NCBI GenBank assembly: GCA_030390025.1
Contig: CM059432.1
Location: 52,826,001 to 52,890,000, forward strand
Direction: 5' to 3'
Origin: Squalus acanthias
Taxonomy: Eukaryota
DNA: 64,000 nucleotides
Shown here piece by piece: positions 47,701 to 56,700 of the stretch. The notes beneath the pieces were generated by a model. That model was given only the letters and a program-made list of their open reading frames with translations. It was not told where the DNA came from and searched no databases. Each line of letters begins with the position of its first letter. Positions within the stretch are counted from its first letter, which is position 1. A program made the translations under genes and the position numbers.

Positions 47701-50700
47701 TGGCTAAAGTAGATTAGGAAATTAGATTAAAAGGTATGACAGTAGATAAGCAGTGGCAAACATTTAAAGAAATATTCCAAAATTCTCAACGAATATACAT
47801 TCCATTGAGAAATAAAAACTCCACGGGAAAAATTATCCATCTGTGTCTAACTAAAGAAGTTAAGGATAGTAATAGATTAAAAGAAGGGGCTTATAATCTT
47901 GAAGAATAGTAGTAAGCCTGAGGATTGGGAGAGCTTTAGAAACCAGCAAAGGATGACCAAAAAAATTGATAAAGGGAGAAAATAGAATGAGAGTAAATTT
48001 GCAAGAAATATAAAAACAGATTGTAAGAGCTTTTACAAGTATGTAAAAAGGACGAGAGTAGCAAAAGTAAGCATTGGTCCCTTAGAGGCTGAGACAGGAT
48101 AAATCATAATGGGAATAAGAAAACAAAAATTTTGTATCTGTCTTCACAGAAGACACAAAAAGCATACCAAAAATAGTGGGGAACCAAGGGGCTAATAAGA
48201 GTGAGGAACTTAAAGTAATTAAAATCAGTAGAGAAAAGGTACTTGAGAAACTAATGGGACTAAAAGCCGATAAATCCCCTGGACCTGATGGTCGCGATCC
48301 TAGGGTTCTAAAAGTGGCTTCGGAGATAATGGATACATTTGGTTGTGATCTTCAAAATTCCCTAGATTCTAAAACGATCCCAGTGGATTGGAAGGTAGCA
48401 AATGTAAACCCGCTATTCAAGAAAGGAGGTAGAGAGAAATCAGGCAAGTTAGCCTGGCATCAGTTGTCAGGAAAATGCTGGAATCTATTATTAAGGAAGT
48501 GGTAACAGGGCACTTAGAAAATCATATGATTAGGCAGAGTCAACTAGCAGGGTAGATAAAGGGGAGCCAGTGGATGTAGTATATTTGGATTTCCAAAAGG
48601 CATTCGATAAGGTGCCACATAAAAGGTTGTTACATAAGATAAGGGCTCATGGGGTTGAGGGTAATATATTAGCATGGATAGAGGATTGGTTAACGGACAG
48701 AAAACAGAGAGTAGGGATAAACGGATCTTTTTCAGGTTGGCAGGCCGTAACTAGTGGGGTGCCGCAAGGATCAGTGTTGGGGCCTTAGCTATTTACAATC
48801 TAGATTAATGACATAGATGAAGGGACCGAGTGTAATGTATCCAAGTTTGCTGACTATACAAAACTAGGTGGGACAGTAAGCTGTGAGGAGAACATAAAAG
48901 GCTGGATTTTAACAGCCCTGAGGAGGCGGGTTTGGAGGAGGGACTGCTGGGAAAGTCAAAAAGAATGGGAGCGGGTCCTGAACCCGCTCCCAACCCGCCT
49001 CCAACCAATCTTTCCGGGAGTCGGGTCCCCGATTTGCACAGGGACCAACTCCTAGCGGCGGGAAGAGGATTATAGCCACTTAACTGCCTGTTAACAGGTA
49101 GTTAACAGGCAGTTAAAAGGCTTTTTCCAATTTTTAGACTTCTGCTGCGGGCTTCCCGACGTCAGGGAACCCCGCCAGGGTAAGTGAGGCGTGCTGTGGG
49201 TCTGTTGTTATGTTGGTGTATAGATGACAGCTGCAGAAGTGGTGTGAAGGATGCAATGGGACACTGGTGAGTATCAGGCAAGGAAATGTTGGGAAAGTCA
49301 TTTTAATGTGTTTAGATTTTTCTTTAGGTGACAAGCTTTGAAGTGTTTGTGTGGCCTCACCTCAATGGGAGAAGTGACAGATCGCTTCTGTACCCTCACC
49401 TACAGTTGCCATCTGTTTCATCCTAAGGAGTGTGTTACTGGAGAGCCTGGGACCAAGGGCTCACCTGCGTACAGTGATTGTCAGTGTTTGACAGCACCTC
49501 AATGCTGTCAAACACTGTCAAATCAGCTGACAAAAATTTATGGTTCATGTGCCTTTAAGAAAATAACAAGGCCAATCAGGAGAAAATAGCATCTGTGCGT
49601 TGGACATCGCTGGGGGCAGGACTAGAACCTGGAAGGCAGCAGTCCCGCTCCCAACGCGTCTTGGTGAGTAAAATCTAGCCCAAAAAGTCTGCAAAGGGAT
49701 ATAGATAGACTAAATGAGTGGGCAGTGAGGTGGCAGATGGAGTATAATGTAGGGAAATGTGAGGTTATTCGCTTTGGTAAGAAGAATAGAAAAACAAAAT
49801 ATTTTTTAAATGGTGAGAAACTTTCAAATGTTGGTGTTCAGAGAGATTTGGGTGTCCTTGTACAAGAAACACAGAAAGCTAGCATGCAGGTACAGCAAGC
49901 AATAAGGAAGGCAAATGGCATGTTGGCCTTTACTGTAAGGGGGTTGGAGTACAAGAGTAAGGAAGTCAGGCTACAATTGTATAGGGCCTTGGTGAGACGA
50001 CACCTGGAGTACTGTGCACAGTTTTGGTCTCCTTATCTAAGGAATGATATACTTGCCTTGGAGGCAGTGCAACAAAGGCTCACTAGATTGATTCCTATGA
50101 TGAGAGATTGTGTAGAATGGGCCTATACTCTCTGGAGTTTAGAAGAATGAGAAGTGATCTCATTGAAACATACAAGATTCTGAAGGGGATTGACAGAGTA
50201 GATGCTGAGAGGTTGTTTCCCCTGGCTGGAGTGTCTAGAACTAGGGGGCATAGTCTCAGGATAAGGGGTAGGCCATTTAAGACCGAGATGGAGGAAGAAT
50301 TTCCTCACTCGGGGTTGTGAATCTTTGGAATTCTCTGCCCCAGAGGGCTGTGAATACTGAGTTTTTGAGTATATTCAAGGCTGAGATAGATAGATTTTTG
50401 GACTCTAGGGGAATCAAGGGATATGGAGATAGGGCGGGAAAGTGGAGTTGAGGTCGATGATCAGCCAAGGGGCTGTATGGCCTACTCCTGCTCCTATTTC
50501 ATATGTTCTTATGTGATCGTGTCGCATCATTCGTTTCTCAACCATTCTTCAGTCTTTTAATGGTCAACCACACCATACCTCTCCAAGGCCTCGCTGTTGT
50601 CCAGTTCTATGGGACTGCCTTCACTTGGTTCCACTCTTACCTATCCGATCATAGCCAGAAAATCTTTAACAATAGCTTCTCTTCCCACCCCACATCATCA

Positions 50701-53700
50701 CCTTAGCTATAGCATTTTGGCTTTTACTTCAATCACTTTTCCCTCATGTGAATCCTTTTGCTTTCCTTCCCTTTGCCTATAAACATTTCTGTCAAGCAAC
50801 AGCCAATTATTCGCTTATATTTAATATCCAAGTCCACCAACCACATTTAGATTTTAGAAATAATCCATAACAGAATGCAATTTGCCAGATATTACCTTCC
50901 TGACTGCAATTTAGTGACCCTTGCTGGAAAGCACACATATGTGGATATTGGATGAAAGCAGAATTGGGCACAGCTGTGATACCCTCCACAAGTAACCTGT
51001 TGACAATCACTACCTGGGTTCACAGACATTGGGCAAGATTTTGAAGGGCTGCTGGCATCCATGGAACAGCAAGATAAAACGGAAAAAGAATTAATGATCA
51101 ACATTTAACACTAACAAAAAGATTTTTTTTACCATGATCTTCAGACACAAATTTTTGACCAAGGTGCGATGGGCAACGCTGCGGACATTTGAGACAGTAG
51201 GAGTGGCTGGGTGTTCTTCTGGCATTAATTTCACTGGCTCACCTGGTACCACATTCAAAGTAATCTGGAATGAAAAAAAAAGCAAAAAGAAATGGAAATA
51301 TTTACGAAATGCCATCCTTATAAAATTAGTTCAGGAGTTCACAAGGTAATTACAGATAACAAAGGACCATCTCAGTTCATCCACAGGCCCAGAAAGACCC
51401 CAAAGTCCTCCAACTACAGCAATTCTTTCTTAAATTATTGCAGGATTTTTGCCTGTACTACTCCAACCGGTTTTCCAAATTTACCTTTTATATATCATTT
51501 ACTATTTTATGTATCTCCTTTCCAGCCTGAAAAGCCAAAGTTTCCCATCTTTCCTCATGACTTAGACCTTTAACACTGGGGATCAGATTTGTGACTCTTT
51601 TCTGCATTGGCTCCATCATCACCACGTCTCGTATCTTAAGTGACCAAAAATGGAAAGTGTGCAAGGTGTGGTAGGACCAGATGACTACACTGTTTGAATA
51701 CGACTTCCTGTGACATATTCCAGCGCTTTACAGTTCAACATTCTATTGTTTTATTGATTGCTGCTCTGCATTAGTTAGATATGTTTAGCATTAAGTCAAC
51801 TAGGTCTCTCTCAATTTTATCATTAGCTGTTTCAAAACCATTAATGGTGGTATGTCTGTTGGCCATTTTTCCTTCCCTTCTGCAATACTTCTAACTTGTC
51901 TTGTTAAATTTCATGTCATTATTTTGCTCATTCATTTCCTTTGTCTAGCTCATTTTATAATTTCCGAGCTGCCTCCTCTGATTCTATCGCCCCTCTTAGT
52001 TTGCCATCATCTGCAAACTTGACCAAATTTGCATGGAGTTCCTTAACCCAAATCATTGATGTAAATTAGTAGTGCTGCTAACCTTAATCTCTGCAGCACC
52101 CCACTCAGTAATTCGCCCTACCTCTACATAGTTCAACTAAAAAGTATCCATTGTTTTCTACCTATTAGCTGGTTTCTTATCCATTCCTAAGATTTACAGT
52201 GAAACCCATAGTTCTGAACATAACTAATAGATTTTTGTGTGTCAAATGTATTTTGTAAGTCTAGGATTGTAAATTAATTTTGAGATTGTTGGTTGGGGTT
52301 GGAGTTCATGTTGTTGCCCAGTACTCCCTCCTCGGAACTTGCAGATCCACTGTGTTTTGCCAGCATCTACTGTTTTGACTAGCTGTCTGAAGGCATTGCC
52401 TACGGAAAGTCAAGACAATGCAAATTGCCCTCAATATACATAAGTGCCGCTGCCCGTATCCTAACACGCACCAAGTCCCGTTGCTCGCTGACCTACATTG
52501 GCTCCTGGTTAAGCAACGCCTTGATTTTAAAATTCTCATCCTTGTTTTCAAATCCTTCCATGGCTCACCCCTCCCTATCTCTAATCTCCTCCAGCCCTAT
52601 AATCCTCAGAGATCTCTGTGCTCCTCCAATTCCGACCTCTTGTGCATCTCTGATTTTAATCGCTCCACCATTAGCAGCTGAAGCCTTCACAGCTGTCTGG
52701 GCCCAAAGCTCTGGAATACCCTCCTTGAACCGCTCCGCCTGTTTCTCTCCTCCTTTAAGATGTTCCTTAAAACCTATCTCTTCGACTAAGCTTTTGGTCA
52801 CCTGTCCTAATATCTCATGTGGCTCAGTGTCAAATTTTGTTTGATAATACTGCTGTGAACCGCCGTGGGACATTTTAGTACGTTAAAGGCGCTATATAAA
52901 TGCAAGTTGCTGTAGGTATAGGTACAGGGATCTACAGCTTCTGGAGCTTCATCTAGTAGTGGATGTGTACAGCTGCAGGTGAAATCGTGTGTCACAGAAT
53001 GGAGATGCTCAAATAAGGAGTGCACAACATACATAGCAAATTTAATAGATTATGTACTTCTGATTTGCTCTATTTGCCGTTTCTTTTCTTTCTCCATTTT
53101 TTCACCTTTTGGCCCCTCCCATGTCTTTTCATCCTATTTCCACATTCTTTCATCCTTTTTATCTTTCCATCACCTCAGTGACCAGCTTTTATATTTAATA
53201 GTTTTCTATTAGAGTTTAATCATTCAACCCATTATCTCCCTTTTACCATCTGTTGATTCTCCCCCATTTTCCTCATCTTTCTAAAATACTGCATATCTTT
53301 CAGTCTTCAGTTCTGATGAAGAGTATATACCTGAAATGTCATAACCTGTCTTCAGATGCTGAATGATGCAGTATATTTCTAAAATTGCGTTTTTTTCAGT
53401 TTTCAAGCATTTTCATTTTTTTATTACATAGATATGAAATCTTTGAAAGGGTTGCAGCACAAATATCATCATACCTGTTCACTATAGAGCATGGTCTTGT
53501 CCTGTGAATAAGCAAACTGAATGGTATGCACTCCTGTCCGCTCTGGAAGGATTTTATCCCTGAAATGTAAATGTTCATTACACAATAAGAACTTGAACAA
53601 TTTAGTGACGGTACAAATATCAGAATCAGGTTGCATGGAGGTGAATATCCAGGGAGCACATTCTGGAATTCAGGAAATTAGATCAGCACCTGTCCATCAA

Positions 53701-56700
53701 GAGGCAAATAAAAAGGAGGACCTTGATAATGCATAATTTTTTTAAAAAAGCAAGTGAATGAACTAGCGATTTAAAAAAAAATCTAGGGTCAGGTGCTTCA
53801 GGTCAGCCGCTCCCCCCGGCCTGTCTAAATAATAATTTCCTTTAAAGTTAACCTAGCTACTCCAGGACGCTCTTGCCTGTCCTGGATCTTAAATTAATGC
53901 TGAGATTCTGGAGGGAAGTAGAGATATGAAATATCAGCATCAGATGAAATGTACAAAAATCAATTATTTATAACAAGGTAAACTATGTAATTTAAGTAGA
54001 TCTTTTTAGGACAAAGTTCTAATGATATAATCAGGGTTGGAGAGTTACTTAGTTGAACACTGTAAAAGAGTCACATGAATCGGAGTAAAGGTACAAATTA
54101 TTAACCCATAATATTTCAGCAATCTTTCCATTCCATTGATATGTTAATTCAGCTCTATTGTATAAACTAGACTCAGTAACTCCTCCATGTCTGAGGTTTT
54201 TGTGAGGAACAGAAAGTCAACGTCTGTAGAGATGCTGACCCGATTGTCACTGATAGGCTGCGGCTGTGTCGTGTTAGACGTATTGCAAGTTTAATGGCAT
54301 TTGTTAACACTAATTTACAGCAAAATATAACTGGTCTTCAGAAATTCTCAGCCTTGCACCAGTTGGAATCTACATCAGGCACAGCACAACATAAAAAAAT
54401 TAACAACTCAGGCAGTGTACCAAACGAACGGCCAAAGAATCTTGGGATGGTTTTTCTACATTACAAGCATTGCATATATGCAAGCTGTTGTTCCACAACA
54501 TAAAAATGAAATTAAGCCATAAAAGAACTGTGTTGTGAATACCTGAAATAAAAGCATCCCTCTTTGTCATTTTCCCGTCCTTTGTTGCAGTTTAGAATTG
54601 TGGGCTAAAGAAAAAAGTGCAAAGATGGTTAAAATTTTAGGAGTAAAGACCAGATTTATAATGTACACAACAAAAATATTTACTTCGTGTATAGAATAAA
54701 TTCAACTTGTAATGGTGGCAACAAAACAGAATTTTCCATTGAAGTATAAGAAAAAGAAAAGGATCCCGGTTTAAAATTTGAAAATGGTAATTCATCATAA
54801 CAGGCTCTCCATATAATTTGTACGGAAACCATGCAATCGTAGGGAAAAAAAGCTTCCAAGTTCACTCATCCTCCAGCCTTGCAAAATAGCCATTACGATG
54901 TCAGCAGTCCATTTAAAGGAATACTTCACGGAACTGACCTCAGTTCTGAAATTTGGACTCCAGCAGTCACTCGTACTGTTTTTATGTTTAAAATCACTTT
55001 CCTGGTTTCAAGTAAAATTGGAAATTTTGGGGTGCTCTGGACTGTCCTCTATTACTGGAGCCATGTAGACATGTTGGGCTTCTTTCTCTGACCTTCTGTG
55101 TTCTAAGGCACAGTGATAAATGATGATGTACCTTTTCAGGAGCATAATTGGTGAGCTGGCTCCTCTGCCTCAGTCTTACAATTGAAACAGACACTAAACA
55201 TCCCTGGCAGCAGTGGTCCATACAGATAGCTTTTTAAAATTTATTTTGCAATTATTTATCATAAATTATATTCCACCTTTCCTTATGTAACTTAAACTTT
55301 AACCCACCTCCCCCCAAAAAAAGAGTACTCTGAACAAATAAGCATTGGCCCAGGATTTGCTGGAGTGGGGCATCTCACAGCGTGCTCTGTTATGACTTGT
55401 TCCTGCACCCTTCAGCTCAAAAATGTTTTGCCCACAACGTTGCTGGAAGTGCGAGCTGACAACGGGGGAACAGGGCATCTGGGACCTAGGTGAACGACGG
55501 GACCAACAGGGTATATCCTTAAACCAATGAGATTTAAGGATTGAGAAATAAACAGAGGAAGGACTGAAAAGGAGGATGAATTCAATGTCAAATCAGGTAT
55601 AGAAAAATAAAGAGGGAAGGAAAGATTGGATTGAGAGAGAAAGGAAAAGATTTTCAAAAAATTTTAAATTTGACATTTTTAAAATCTCCAACAATTCACC
55701 TGAAGGAATGAGACTCCACGCTTTTAATTGTTCACTTTCTGGGCAAGAGAGGTTGATAGGCATCATTTAATAATTCACAGTGTTAATAGGATACTTATGC
55801 TGTTAATTACTAGACTGAACTTTCTGTGGAGAGTTTAATGGGCAATTAATGTGCAAATGCAGCAACTTCATGAAAACAACATTTCTACAATATTTCAGGA
55901 AGAGAGGATAGGTTGGGGAACTGCAGGAACAGCTGCTAGGGTTTCATAGCACGAGTATTCTGTTGAAGATAATGTCCATAAAGCTACAAGTTCAAAAGAG
56001 GGGGGGAAGAAGAAAGCGCAGGTACACGTGGGACTGTTTATCCAAATCCCCTCAATAGAGCAATTAAATGCTGTTAAAACAGCTTTATGAAGCATGAAGG
56101 AATTGGATTTTAGCCTTATATCTATTATATACTACATTTAGAACCCTAGGAGTACCCACGCATGAGGGAATTTTATTTGGTGAATGAGGGAAAACAGTTT
56201 CTATTTGTTACTATAATCCTTTCAAGTGGTAGGCTTTTTGGAAAAGACAGGCAGACTTGCATTTATACAGCATTTTTTCAGTTCATTATACATCCCAAGC
56301 CATTTCACAGCCAATTAATTACTTTTGAATTTTAGTCTCTTGTAACGCAGACAGATGTGGCAGCCATTTTACGTACAGCAAGATCCCACAAAACAGCAAT
56401 TAGGCAAATGACCAATTAATCTGTTTTTGCTGTTAATTGAGGATGAATGTTGGCTAGGATATCAGAATTCTCTACCCTTTGGAAGACTGCCATTTCATCT
56501 TTTACATAAATCTAAACAAGCAGATAAGATCTCGGTTTAACATCTCATCCGAAAAGTATTTCCTCAGTACTCCACTGAAATATCAGCCGAGACTATGTTC
56601 AAACTCTAGAGTGAGGCTTGAAACCACAACCTTCTTACTCAAGGAGGTGAGCGTCACCATTGAGCTAAGCTAACACTTTGGAAGCCATAGTGTCACTTTG

